This document shows, piece by piece, positions 20,578 to 30,341 of a DNA stretch of 64,000 nt. The DNA comes from an uncultured delta proteobacterium (lineage in GTDB: Bacteria > Desulfobacterota > Desulfobacteria > Desulfobacterales > QNYZ01), in contig CAWJQU010000002.1 of NCBI GenBank assembly GCA_963845145.1, positions 128,001 to 192,000 of the forward strand. The letters run 5' to 3'. A model generated the notes under the pieces. It was not told the DNA's origin, made no database searches, and saw only the letters and a program-made list of their open reading frames with translations. The position numbers and the translations under genes were made by a program. Every line of letters starts with the position of its first letter. Position 1 is the first letter of the stretch.

Positions 20578-21518
20578 ACGCTTCTTGCTCCTATATGTTT
20601 GTTAACCACAGCCGAGGGGTTTGGGATCTGCTCCACCCGGTTAAGCTGGGTTTTATTAAAAAACACAATCGGTAGTTGTAAACATTCGGCACCGGCCAGC
20701 AGCCCTTGTTCGTCGGATTTTAAATCGATACTGGCCAAGGTTTTCAAGCTCAATTCGGATAGTCCGTTTTGGCCCATGACCTCCCGCAACAGACCCAGTA
20801 TTTCCGCCTTGGGCGTCCCGCGATTGCAGCCGATACCGGCGGTCAAATTTAAAGGGCGTAAAATAAGGGTCTTTGGGCCTAAGGCCTGACAGCGATCATC
20901 CACATACACCGCTGGACCCGGGTATTGGGCCAATTCCGTCAGCGCCATGGGCCTGGTATGGGGCAATGCGTTCCCAAGAATGCCGTAGGGGTCGTGGGTG
21001 GCAACCATGACATCGGTCAATAAGGCCATGTTGACGGCTTTGATCGCCTCCGCATTTTCGATAATTAGTCCATGCTCAAGGGCAATCACATCAATGGCCG
21101 GTTTACCGTTGGCATCGGTCGCCGTGGTAACAACCGGAGTGGCATGGAGAATTTGGGCCACCTCATGGGCAAAAGCGTTGGCGCCACCGATGTGCCCGGC
21201 CACCAAACTGATGGCAAAATGCCCCGCATCGTCCACCACCACAACAGCGGGATCCCGGGTTTTGTGCCGAATTAAGGGGGCAATCAGCCGAACCACAATA
21301 CCTGTAGACATAAAGAAAAGGTGCCGTTGAAAATCATTAAATTTAGCCGTCACCTTCGATTGAAGTCGGTCGAAAACCTCGCCGTCAAAATCCTGGGACG
21401 CAAGGCGCCGGGACAAAAATAGCGTCGCACGATTCAACCCCGCTTTGGTTTTCAACGCGTGTTCAAGCCCATTGGGCGTGATAGCCCAAAGCGCCGTATC
21501 AGGATTGCCGGTGGGCAT
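20472..21518 (-). CDS. cbiG: Cobalt-precorrin-5A hydrolase
   Basis: DPAVVVVD, GHIGGAN, TTATD, GIGCNRG, SVCEAAA. Confidence 0.92.
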   Translation of the reverse strand: MPTGNPDTALWAITPNGLEHALKTKAGLNRATLFLSRRLASQDFDGEVFDRLQSKVTAKFNDFQRHLFFMSTGIVVRLIAPLIRHKTRDPAVVVVDDAGHFAISLVAGHIGGANAFAHEVAQILHATPVVTTATDANGKPAIDVIALEHGLIIENAEAIKAVNMALLTDVMVATHDPYGILGNALPHTRPMALTELAQYPGPAVYVDDRCQALGPKTLILRPLNLTAGIGCNRGTPKAEILGLLREVMGQNGLSELSLKTLASIDLKSDEQGLLAGAECLQLPIVFFNKTQLNRVEQIPNPSAVVNKHIGARSVCEAAAILSAQGGDLIVTKQKSNNVTVALGRLACS

Positions 21519-22281
21519 GCAGGAAAGCCTTATCGTATAATTTGGAGCGGTGGTCACTCATCTTTTTATCGATGGCAAGCGCCGGGCTGATAACAATCAC
21601 AGCATGGCGGTCGATGGCCGCTTTTTTAACAACGGACTTAAGATCTGCCACCCGGGTATAGATAACCTGCTCCTCGGGATGGCTGACTTTATAGGCGACG
21701 GCACAATGGGCATCGGGTCCGTAGGTTTTCTTCAGGATTGCGGCAACCCGATCGATCAAGGCCATACTCAAATAGATCACCATGGAGGAGCCATGCCGGG
21801 CCAATTTTTCCAGTGCTTCCTCTTCCGGCACGGGAGTGCGGCCGGCCATGCGAGTGAGTATCACCGTCTGGGTCACATCCGGTATCGTGAATTCCAGGCC
21901 CATGGAAGCTGCCGCGGCGAAGGCCGCGGTTACTCCGGGGATTACCCGATACGGAACCCCATGGGCATCCAGGGCGACCATCTGCTCAAAAATTGCCCCG
22001 TACAGACTGGGATCCCCGGTATGCAAACGCACCACCTGCTTGCCGTTACGAAAGGAACCAACCATCCGGTTGACCATATCGTCTAAATGCATGTCGGCAC
22101 TACTGATACGAATCGCATCCTCGCGACACCATACCAGAACCGCTTCAGGCACCAGAGATCCGGCATAAATAACCAGATCGGCCGCGCGTAAGGCGTTCAT
22201 CCCCTTCACCGTGATGAGCTCCGGGTCGCCGGGGCCGGCGCCGCAAAATATCACCGGATGCTTCAAACACTTATCGGTCAT
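21499..22281 (-). CDS. cbiF: Cobalt-precorrin-4 C11-methyltransferase
   Basis: GAGPGDPELIT, YAGSLV, RLHTGDPSLYGA, TQTVILTR. Confidence 0.95.
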   Translation of the reverse strand: MTDKCLKHPVIFCGAGPGDPELITVKGMNALRAADLVIYAGSLVPEAVLVWCREDAIRISSADMHLDDMVNRMVGSFRNGKQVVRLHTGDPSLYGAIFEQMVALDAHGVPYRVIPGVTAAFAAAASMGLEFTIPDVTQTVILTRMAGRTPVPEEEALEKLARHGSSMVIYLSMALIDRVAAILKKTYGPDAHCAVAYKVSHPEEQVIYTRVADLKSVVKKAAIDRHAVIVISPALAIDKKMSDHRSKLYDKAFLHAHRQS

Positions 22282-23549
22282 ATAGTCATTTCCCCTCGAA
22301 TGAGCCACACAGGGTTTTGGGCCTCAAGCCGTTCATCAAACGGCATGGTTTTGCTGTGGGCGATTTGAATTTGGGTAGTCTCCACCGCCAGACCGTGCCG
22401 ACGCAATACGGTCACGGCGGTCTGTAAATTTACCAGCAGGACGGTGTTGATAACAATGACGCCCCGATCAGGTAAATAGGTCAAAGCCCCGGTGATGATG
22501 GCTTCCAATTGACGCCCACCGCCACCGATAAAGATTCGGTCGGGCCTGGGTAAATCGGCCAGCCCGGCAGGCAGCTCGAGGCAAAAGGCCTCTAAATTAT
22601 ACACCCCAAACCGTTGGGCATTGGCCCGAATTTGCTCAACCCGCTCGGACTGACGTTCCACAGAACAGATTCGACCATGCCCGAGAAGCAAGGACGCCTC
22701 CACGCCGACCGAACCGCTTCCCGCGCCCAGATCCCATAAAGTCTGCCCCGGCAGTAACGCCAATTTTCCCAATGCCGCAGTCCGGACATCGCTTTTGGTG
22801 ATCAGGCCGCCCATATGCTCAAAAGCCGTCTCGGGCATTCCAATGTGCAACCTGGGCAACCGGGCGCTTGATGTATCTGAATGGGCAGGCGAATCCGATG
22901 CATTGGATCCTGATTGATTAAAATCCGGGGTCGTTTTAAGAATAACAATATTGGGGTCTGTGTAGGCGGTTTTAACGGCCGCTTTTAATGAATACCATTG
23001 AAAATGCTCATCGGTCATCCCCAGCCTGGAAAAGATGCCCATTTTTAGGGCTTTCACGCCACAATGAAGTAAAAACAAGGCCAGCCAATTGGGATTCTTC
23101 TGTGAATCGGTCAATACGGCCACGTATTGATGACGCTTTAGGGCGGCCAAGAGTTCAAATTCACGGGATCGGCCATGCAAACTGATGGTGCGGGCATCAC
23201 TCCAAGGCACCTTGATACGCGCAAATGCGGCCGCTACAGACGAGATGTTGGGATGAAATTTTACATTGTCGCCACCGATGCGCTTGACGATCAAAGACCC
23301 TATACCGAAAAAAAGTGGGTCTCCCGAGGCCAGAACTACGACTAGCCGGTCTTCCATGTGTTCTTGAATAAAGTCGACAGTCGTACCTATTTTTCGGTCG
23401 ATGATACGCGTGGTCACATCCAGATGGTTAAAATGAGATAGATGGCGGCGCCCCCCCACCAGGATCTCAGCCGAATTAATCAAGGCCAAGTGACGCGAAG
23501 TGAGGTCTTCCGGCGAAACACCCATACCGATAATGTGAACCATCTTCAT
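22278..23549 (-). CDS. cbiE: Bifunctional cobalt-precorrin-7 C5-methyltransferase / precorrin-6B C15-methyltransferase (CbiET)
   Basis: LASGDPLFFGIG, SLHGR, GLITKSDVR, WDLGAGSGSV, FIGGG. Confidence 0.92.
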   Translation of the reverse strand: MKMVHIIGMGVSPEDLTSRHLALINSAEILVGGRRHLSHFNHLDVTTRIIDRKIGTTVDFIQEHMEDRLVVVLASGDPLFFGIGSLIVKRIGGDNVKFHPNISSVAAAFARIKVPWSDARTISLHGRSREFELLAALKRHQYVAVLTDSQKNPNWLALFLLHCGVKALKMGIFSRLGMTDEHFQWYSLKAAVKTAYTDPNIVILKTTPDFNQSGSNASDSPAHSDTSSARLPRLHIGMPETAFEHMGGLITKSDVRTAALGKLALLPGQTLWDLGAGSGSVGVEASLLLGHGRICSVERQSERVEQIRANAQRFGVYNLEAFCLELPAGLADLPRPDRIFIGGGGRQLEAIITGALTYLPDRGVIVINTVLLVNLQTAVTVLRRHGLAVETTQIQIAHSKTMPFDERLEAQNPVWLIRGEMTI

Positions 23550-24649
23550 ACCGCCTCGTCCGAATCGTAAAAGATATCTCCATCAAAGTTAAAAATCACA
23601 GCGCGGACATGGACGGCCGCGCCGACAAACTTGCCCGCCGCCACTACAATTTCACGCCCCACCCGCTCAATCACCTGGGGATGGTCCTCTTTTAACAAGT
23701 CAAAGGCGTGCCGGGCCGTGTTGGCCTGTGCGATCACGTCACGCAACCCCGCCTCACCCGAAATATCAAACGCCCATTGGGCCAACTGCTCGAGGGTCAA
23801 TCGGGCAGATCGCGCATGCGTGTGGGGAATGCCCTGGGCCATTTTCACGGCTTTTCCAAAAAAGACCGCCAAAATTACCCGTTTAAATCGGTGACGATCA
23901 ACCCGTTGCAAGCTCTCTTTAAAAAAGTCTCCGATTTGAACAAACGCTTCAGGGGCCAAGCGATCCCAGTGGCCCTGAGCGAATCGTTCGCTCCGGCGGC
24001 CGGTGGTCAAGACGACTTCATCATTACCGGCGGCCCGGGCCACGGACAGGGCGGATTCAATGGTGGCCACATAAGCGGCGTGGGACAATGGCCGCACCTC
24101 ACCCGTCGTACCGAGGATTGAAATTCCCCCGAGAATCCCCAGGCGGGCATTGAGAGTCTTTCGGGCCAGGCGCTCTCCGGCGGGGACAAACACTTCAACT
24201 GAAGCTGAAACATCCCCTGGTTGAGCCGTCAACAGCGCTTGTATCGCCTGTGTAATCATTTTGCGGGGCCCCCGGGTGATGGCCGCTTCGCCGGGTGAAA
24301 TGGAAAGACCGGGTTTTGTCACCCTGCCGACACCCACACCACCGGTAATTTTAATCACCGGTTGTTTCACGCCGACAGTGAGGGTAACCTTGGCCCCGAC
24401 AACAGCCCGATGGGTGATATCGGGGTCATCCCCGGCATCTTTAATGACCGTACATTCCGCCACCATAGGCTTCAGCTGACGGCAGGTCCGAAGGGGGATC
24501 TCGATTCGGCGTCCTGTCAGCAAATCAATGGCCACTTTTTGAGGAGACTTGGAATCAAGAATGAATTGCAGCGCCCCCTTGGCGGCCGCCGCAGCGGCCG
24601 CTCCCGTCGTAAAGCCTTTGCGTAAACGTTTGGTGGCGGGCTGACTCAT
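23546..24649 (-). CDS. cbiD: Cobalt-precorrin-5B C1-methyltransferase
   Basis: LRKGFTTG, KDAGDDPDITH, TLNARLGILGGISILGTTG. Confidence 0.95.
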   Translation of the reverse strand: MSQPATKRLRKGFTTGAAAAAAAKGALQFILDSKSPQKVAIDLLTGRRIEIPLRTCRQLKPMVAECTVIKDAGDDPDITHRAVVGAKVTLTVGVKQPVIKITGGVGVGRVTKPGLSISPGEAAITRGPRKMITQAIQALLTAQPGDVSASVEVFVPAGERLARKTLNARLGILGGISILGTTGEVRPLSHAAYVATIESALSVARAAGNDEVVLTTGRRSERFAQGHWDRLAPEAFVQIGDFFKESLQRVDRHRFKRVILAVFFGKAVKMAQGIPHTHARSARLTLEQLAQWAFDISGEAGLRDVIAQANTARHAFDLLKEDHPQVIERVGREIVVAAGKFVGAAVHVRAVIFNFDGDIFYDSDEAV

Positions 24650-24652
24650 TTT

Positions 24653-25270
24653 TCAGTTGTTTTCATCCGCCATAATCAAAAGCGCATTGATGACACTGGC
24701 CGCCACATTGGAGCCCCCCTTGCGGCCCACATTGGTAATGTACGGCACATCTTCCTTCAACAGGGCCTCCTTCGACTCTGCCGCATTAACGAATCCCACC
24801 GGTAGCCCCACAATCAAGGCCGGTTTGGCCGATCCTTTTTTAACCTGTTCAATCAACCGCAAAAGGGCGGTAGGGGCGTTCCCGACTACATAAATCCCTT
24901 CGGCCACAAGGTCCAAAGCGGCATCCACGGCGACCTGGGCCCGGGTCGTCCCTTCAGCTTCGGCTTGCTTGGCGATTTCCCGATCCGAAATGAGGCAGTG
25001 GACCCTACACCCAAGCTGAAGCAACTCTTTTTTTCGTATCCCTGATTGAGCCATATGTGTATCGGTAACGATGGCGCTGCCTGCACGAATGGCTTCAAGG
25101 CCGGCTGTAACTGCCTGGGGGTGAAAACAGGTCATTTTTACATAGTCGAAATCCGCGGTCGTATGGATCATGCGGCGAACAATCCGCCACTGCTTGGGCG
25201 TAAAATCGTGGGCACCTGCTTCGTCGTCAATGATCTCAAAACTGCGACGTTCAATGTCGTTGGGGTTCAT
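24653..25270 (-). CDS. cbiC: Cobalt-precorrin-8 methylmutase
   Basis: IERRSF, RMIHTTADF, GNAPTAL, PVGFVNAAESK, GRKGGS. Confidence 0.95.
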   Translation of the reverse strand: MNPNDIERRSFEIIDDEAGAHDFTPKQWRIVRRMIHTTADFDYVKMTCFHPQAVTAGLEAIRAGSAIVTDTHMAQSGIRKKELLQLGCRVHCLISDREIAKQAEAEGTTRAQVAVDAALDLVAEGIYVVGNAPTALLRLIEQVKKGSAKPALIVGLPVGFVNAAESKEALLKEDVPYITNVGRKGGSNVAASVINALLIMADENN

Positions 25271-26708
25271 AGGTTTTTTTCCTTTCTTGCCGGTACACCC
25301 GACAGTTATCAATAAACGCGGCCGCTATTTCGGGCCGGCTGCCAAAATGCAGATGTATATAACTTCCCAAGGTACGTCCCCGCAAATAACCTTGGGCAGG
25401 CCTATCCACGCCTGCACGATCGGTAACCTCATAGAGGTCAGAGCGGCAGGCGTCACTCATGGTCTGGTTTTCTGATGATGCCGCAATTTCCGAGTAGTGA
25501 AACTCATGTCCCCGGATGGTCGTGCCGCGCATCCCGATAATCGTATCTTGCGTCAGGGTCACCTCACGATAGCCCAGTCGCCTTAAATGTTTTGTCATGC
25601 GGGTACGCATGGGAAAACAACCCGTCATATCATGGACATTCCCATGTGTGTCTTCAATGGTGGCACACAGGTACATTAAACCACCGCACTCTCCGTAAAT
25701 CGGCATGCCACTTTGGCTGGCCACCAGAACTTGATGCCGCAGGGTTTCATTTTGCGCCAGTTGGGCGGCGTGTAACTCCGGGTACCCGCCACCGAAATAG
25801 ATGCCGTCCAAATCCGGTGGCAAAGACCGATCCGCAATGGGCGAGAAAGGAACCAGCTCGGCCCCTTGCTGCTCTATCAAATCGAGATTGTCTGCGTAGT
25901 AGAAACAAAAGGCGCGATCATGCGCCCAACCGATTCGAATCCTTCTTTTTCCATCAACGCCGGGATCAGGCGGCGAATCTGCGGCGATTGCAGGTGAAAT
26001 GGAAATCGTAGGTAACCGGTCGAGAAAGGCGTCGATATCTACTGCCGATACGACCATGTCGGCCATTGTAGAGGCCCATGCTTCGGAGAGGGGGTGATCT
26101 TCAGCCGTTACCAGCCCCAGGTGCCGTTCGGGCAGGGTGATCTCATCATTACGGAATAACCCACCGATACAGGGCATGCGCACATGGCCCGCCAAAGCGG
26201 TGCGGACATAGTCCAGATGCGCAGCACTGCCCAGCCGATTGAATAGTACACCGGTAAAAGGCACGCTGTTATCGAAGGTTTCAAACCCTTGCACCAGCGC
26301 AGCCGCACTGCGAGCCATACTTCTCGCGTCGACCACCAGGAGTACCGGTGCCTGCAACCATTTGGCCATCTCGGCGGTCGATCCCGCTTCCGACTGACCG
26401 CTGAACCCATCATATAAACCCATCACTCCTTCCACCACCGCGATATCGGCATCGCGACAATGGGTGTGAAAGATCGTCCGGTTCGTTTCGCGGTTCATCA
26501 TCCACCCATCCAGATTGCGGCTGATCTTATCGCAGATGACGCGATGGTGACCGGGATCGATAAAATCGGGCCCGACTTTGAAAGGCGCCACCCGTAAACC
26601 CCGTCGCCTCAGCGCGGCCATCAATCCCAGCGTAATGGTGGTTTTACCGGAACCACTGTGGGTACCGGCAACAACAACCGCTTTGAGAGCCTTTTTAGCA
26701 GAAGGCAT
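25251..26708 (-). CDS. cbiA: Cobyrinate a,c-diamide synthase
   Basis: SGSGKTT, FKVGPDFIDP, EGVMGLYDG, GGYPE, ECGG, GHEFHYS. Confidence 0.95.
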   Translation of the reverse strand: MPSAKKALKAVVVAGTHSGSGKTTITLGLMAALRRRGLRVAPFKVGPDFIDPGHHRVICDKISRNLDGWMMNRETNRTIFHTHCRDADIAVVEGVMGLYDGFSGQSEAGSTAEMAKWLQAPVLLVVDARSMARSAAALVQGFETFDNSVPFTGVLFNRLGSAAHLDYVRTALAGHVRMPCIGGLFRNDEITLPERHLGLVTAEDHPLSEAWASTMADMVVSAVDIDAFLDRLPTISISPAIAADSPPDPGVDGKRRIRIGWAHDRAFCFYYADNLDLIEQQGAELVPFSPIADRSLPPDLDGIYFGGGYPELHAAQLAQNETLRHQVLVASQSGMPIYGECGGLMYLCATIEDTHGNVHDMTGCFPMRTRMTKHLRRLGYREVTLTQDTIIGMRGTTIRGHEFHYSEIAASSENQTMSDACRSDLYEVTDRAGVDRPAQGYLRGRTLGSYIHLHFGSRPEIAAAFIDNCRVYRQERKKTYEPQRH

Positions 26709-27768
26709 AATAAATGACTCCCACAAGGATCAGGCTGACAACGCGATACCCCTGGCCCAACAACAATAGCTGGGTGCCCATTTTAGGTGCAAAGATACCA
26801 ATGTAGCGGGGTAGTTGATGTCTCAAGGCGCGCATGGGAAAAGCAACGATGTTGCCGATCAACAATGCCAATGCCGTTTGCTTGGTGGTCAAAACACCGG
26901 CATCAAGCATGGCCCCGGCGGCTGCAAACCCTGAAGTGAATTCCGCTGCAAAGCTTAGAACAATCACAGATAATGCCTCGATCGGTATAAAGGTCGTCAC
27001 CACAACCCCTGCCAGCCATTGCCGGGTGATATCGAAAAAGCCCATCGCGTTTAGAATAAAAACCGCGATATAGACCGGAATCATATAAACGACAATGGAG
27101 ACCACCCGTCTGGGTAGTTTTTGTTTGACATTCAGCCAAACCCTCGCGGCGACGTTCTCATTTTTTTTGGTGAATGGCTGCCCGTTGTCTTTTTCGGGGC
27201 CGATCCCCGAAAAACGGGAAAGAGGGGGAAGCCGGACATACCCATATAGTAATACGAAAAAAGTCCGTAACAATACCGCGAGGAAGGTCAACAGGAAATA
27301 AAGGCCCCCGGCCACGCCCGTCAAAGGGATCACAATAAAGATTGTCGTGGGCAAATGCAGAAAATAGGCCGGCAATTGATTGATCAGATTGGTAAGGAAA
27401 AGTTGACCGCGACTGATTTTGCCATCTTTGTAAAAATCAACCAACATCGCGTTGGCAGCTACCCCGGAAAAAAAAGCGGTTGTAAAGGCTGCGCCACAAT
27501 GCAGTCCCAGGCGACTGAAATGAAAAAAGGGACGGGCCAAAACCGCTAAAAAACGGGTCCAACCGACAGACTCGATGATCTGTCCCACCGCCAAGCCGAT
27601 CGTGATGAACAGCATTAACCGAAATAGAGGCACGATTAGCTTACGACCCAAAAATACCGGGTCAACCGATTCGCTGAAAATGAGCCACCCTCCCAGCATA
27701 ATGGCGGATATTCCCAGCGATACCGCAAGGGCGCGGTAGCTGAGGGGTTTATGCCTTCTCGCGACCAT
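26695..27768 (-). CDS. Gate (nucleoside recognition) domain membrane protein
   Basis: Multi-TM; AFTTAFFSGVAANAML and RHQLPRYIGIF; embedded in the cob operon. Confidence 0.65.
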   Translation of the reverse strand: MVARRHKPLSYRALAVSLGISAIMLGGWLIFSESVDPVFLGRKLIVPLFRLMLFITIGLAVGQIIESVGWTRFLAVLARPFFHFSRLGLHCGAAFTTAFFSGVAANAMLVDFYKDGKISRGQLFLTNLINQLPAYFLHLPTTIFIVIPLTGVAGGLYFLLTFLAVLLRTFFVLLYGYVRLPPLSRFSGIGPEKDNGQPFTKKNENVAARVWLNVKQKLPRRVVSIVVYMIPVYIAVFILNAMGFFDITRQWLAGVVVTTFIPIEALSVIVLSFAAEFTSGFAAAGAMLDAGVLTTKQTALALLIGNIVAFPMRALRHQLPRYIGIFAPKMGTQLLLLGQGYRVVSLILVGVIYYAFC

Positions 27769-28498
27769 TTGCCTTCTTTCTTTTAGCAATAATCAAGGTC
27801 CAATAGTTGGGCGGAAGTTCAAGCAGGTCACGAATATCATGATAAACCACTTCATTCGGCCGGCCGCAATTGGTTATCCCGACACTCGATTCCGCCAAGC
27901 CAGCATTTTCCAATGACGCGTACACCCCCTTAAGATCTCGATATGCTTTTAGAAAAACGACGTTATCCGAATCGACCGGCAGTGACTTGAAATTGTTCTC
28001 CCCTTTGACACCCGACATGACCAACAAAGATTCATGTCCCTCCACCAGGGGTGTATTGGTGCGGGCAGCGGCGGCCTGATAGGAAGTAATGCCCGGAATC
28101 GTCACGATATTAACGTCGTTCGAAAGGTTTTTTAGATGTCGAATGGTGTATCCATAAGTCGAATAGGTCAGGGGGTCTCCTAATGTGAGAAAAGCAGCGT
28201 TTTCGCCGGAATTGAGCACCTCCAGGATTCTGGACGCATTTTTTTCCCAAGCCCGTTCTTTGACCGCCTGATCCCGGCTCATGGGAAAGTCCATTTTTTC
28301 GATGGGTGTACCCGGGGAAATATGGCTGCGGGCAATTTCCACGGCTAAAGAGTAATTATTCCGGGTCGAAGCGGCTGTAAATACCCGGTCAACTTCACGG
28401 CTGAGTAGGCGGGCGGCCTTAATAGGAATCAATTCCGGATCTCCGGGTCCCACGCCAATCCCGAACAAAGTGCCGATAGTCTTGATATTTTTTTTCAT
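27749..28498 (-). CDS. cbiL: Cobalt-precorrin-2 C20-methyltransferase
   Basis: GIGVGPGDPEL, FPMS, FLTLGDPLTYSTY, IPGITS. Confidence 0.92.
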   Translation of the reverse strand: MKKNIKTIGTLFGIGVGPGDPELIPIKAARLLSREVDRVFTAASTRNNYSLAVEIARSHISPGTPIEKMDFPMSRDQAVKERAWEKNASRILEVLNSGENAAFLTLGDPLTYSTYGYTIRHLKNLSNDVNIVTIPGITSYQAAAARTNTPLVEGHESLLVMSGVKGENNFKSLPVDSDNVVFLKAYRDLKGVYASLENAGLAESSVGITNCGRPNEVVYHDIRDLLELPPNYWTLIIAKRKKANGREKA

Positions 28499-29547
28499 GA
28501 TGCCTCGTATGATTTGCATATTCCTGGAAATGAAACCGGAAATAGATTTGGGTAGAGGATCGCGCCGATTTCACAAATACCGCTGATTAACCGCATTGTG
28601 GGCCGGGAAACGATGGCCTCATCAATGGTATAAACCTGCCCTTCTCCAACCGCCTTAATCGCATCAAAACCCGGTTCATTAAGTATCTGCTCAACACTGG
28701 CCGGGTTCATGGTGCCACGCTGGGCCAGGTACACGTCGATCCGGCTTCCCCGTGATAAAATGCGCTCTTTACCGAAAAAGGCGATATTGGTGCCGCGCAC
28801 CGAACGTGCATCGTCGGCCACATTAATCCCACCGGCAATGTTCAGCGCCGATATCGCCATGGCCGTGGCGGTAAACGTCTTCATTTTTTTGTGGATCGCC
28901 TCAAAGTACACCCGCTTTTTGGGATTCAGGGTTTGGGTGACCACCTGAATGGCCATCCTTTGGCGCGTAAAGGTCGACACCATCTCGCCGGCTGCCGGCT
29001 CCCTTCCGACGAGGCGACCCAACACCTGCCAATAGGCAGCCATCTCATTTAAAGTCGCGGGTTGAAGCGAAACCACAACGATACCGTAATTCTCAAGTTG
29101 CCCCACCAGGCGGGCATAAGCCCGGTCGATCATGGGACGAATCAGGACCAGATCGGGACGAACGGATAAAAATTTTTCCAGATCATCCCGTTGGGATAAT
29201 AGAAGTTTCCGAGCCGCTTCAGCCGGGAAGTCACTACTTTTAGAGACACCGATCAATTGCCCTGCCGCCCCCAAAGCATACAAATTTTCCGTATGTGCGC
29301 CGTATAATGAAATCACCCGCTGAAAGGGTGATTTCACATTAATCTTTCGGCCGGCCTGGTCAATAATCCCCATCTCTCCGACCAATCCCATGGTTTTAGG
29401 CCCCAGGTTATCGGCACCCAGGGCATCGGCGCTAAAGAGATCCATGGGTTGAGAAAACACGGGTTGAGAAATCATGAAAAAAATCAGCAGGCCAATAAGC
29501 CGTAAAACAAAATCGTATCGAAAAACGAGTACCAACCGTTCAATCAT
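28495..29547 (-). CDS. ABC transporter substrate-binding protein (BtuF/FepB-like); start approximate
   Basis: RVISL..AHTENLYALG, PDLVL, AGGINVA, SRPTMR. Confidence 0.85.
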   Translation of the reverse strand: MIERLVLVFRYDFVLRLIGLLIFFMISQPVFSQPMDLFSADALGADNLGPKTMGLVGEMGIIDQAGRKINVKSPFQRVISLYGAHTENLYALGAAGQLIGVSKSSDFPAEAARKLLLSQRDDLEKFLSVRPDLVLIRPMIDRAYARLVGQLENYGIVVVSLQPATLNEMAAYWQVLGRLVGREPAAGEMVSTFTRQRMAIQVVTQTLNPKKRVYFEAIHKKMKTFTATAMAISALNIAGGINVADDARSVRGTNIAFFGKERILSRGSRIDVYLAQRGTMNPASVEQILNEPGFDAIKAVGEGQVYTIDEAIVSRPTMRLISGICEIGAILYPNLFPVSFPGICKSYEAS

Positions 29548-29551
29548 GACG

Positions 29552-30340
29552 TCACACCTTATAGGCCACTTGGAGGTGATGGTTGAATGGATTTTCCTCA
29601 ATCCGGCATTCAACATCAAACAGTTGCTGCAGGTAAGCTTCGGTTAAAGTTACCTGGGTGGGCCCATGTGCCATTATTTTTCCCTTTTGCATAAATATCA
29701 GATAGTCACAAAACATGGCGGCCAGATTGATCTCTTGAAAGACGCTGATCACGGTACCGCCTTTTTCTACCCGTTTTCCCGCCAGGGTTAGCAGCGCCAA
29801 AGCATGATTTATATCGAGATTGGCCGTGGCTTCATCCAAAAAAAGTACGGGGGTTTGTTGGGCTAAAGCACGGGCGAAAACCACCCGTTGCCGTTCTCCA
29901 CCACTTAATTGGTTGATTCGACGATTGGCGAAGCGTTGGATATCAGTATCCCTCATAATTTTGCGGATGATGTTGTGGTCTGTTTTTCCAGGATTCGAAA
30001 AACGTGACAGATGGGGATAACGCCCCATGGCGACCACTTCACGTACTGTAAACGGAAAATTAATACTATAGAGCTGCGGCACGAGCGCTATCTGGCGGGC
30101 CAGTTTCTTTGGCCGATAGGTTGAGACCGTTTGGCCAAGGTAGCATACGTCGCCGTGGGTCGGTCTGATTTGTCCCATTAGCAGGTCAATTAGCGTCGTT
30201 TTGCCGCAACCGTTGGGGCCGATAACACCATAAAAATGTCCCTCATCAAGTGACATGGAGATACCATTAATGATGGGGTCACCCTGGGCCGCACGGCCAT
30301 AAGAAAAAGCCAGGTCTGACATCTCAAACAGGGGTGCCAT
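29552..30340 (-). CDS. ABC transporter ATP-binding protein (BtuD/FepC-like)
   Basis: GPNGCGKTT, LSGGERQR, LDEAT. Confidence 0.92.
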   Translation of the reverse strand: MAPLFEMSDLAFSYGRAAQGDPIINGISMSLDEGHFYGVIGPNGCGKTTLIDLLMGQIRPTHGDVCYLGQTVSTYRPKKLARQIALVPQLYSINFPFTVREVVAMGRYPHLSRFSNPGKTDHNIIRKIMRDTDIQRFANRRINQLSGGERQRVVFARALAQQTPVLFLDEATANLDINHALALLTLAGKRVEKGGTVISVFQEINLAAMFCDYLIFMQKGKIMAHGPTQVTLTEAYLQQLFDVECRIEENPFNHHLQVAYKV

Positions 30341-30341
30341 T

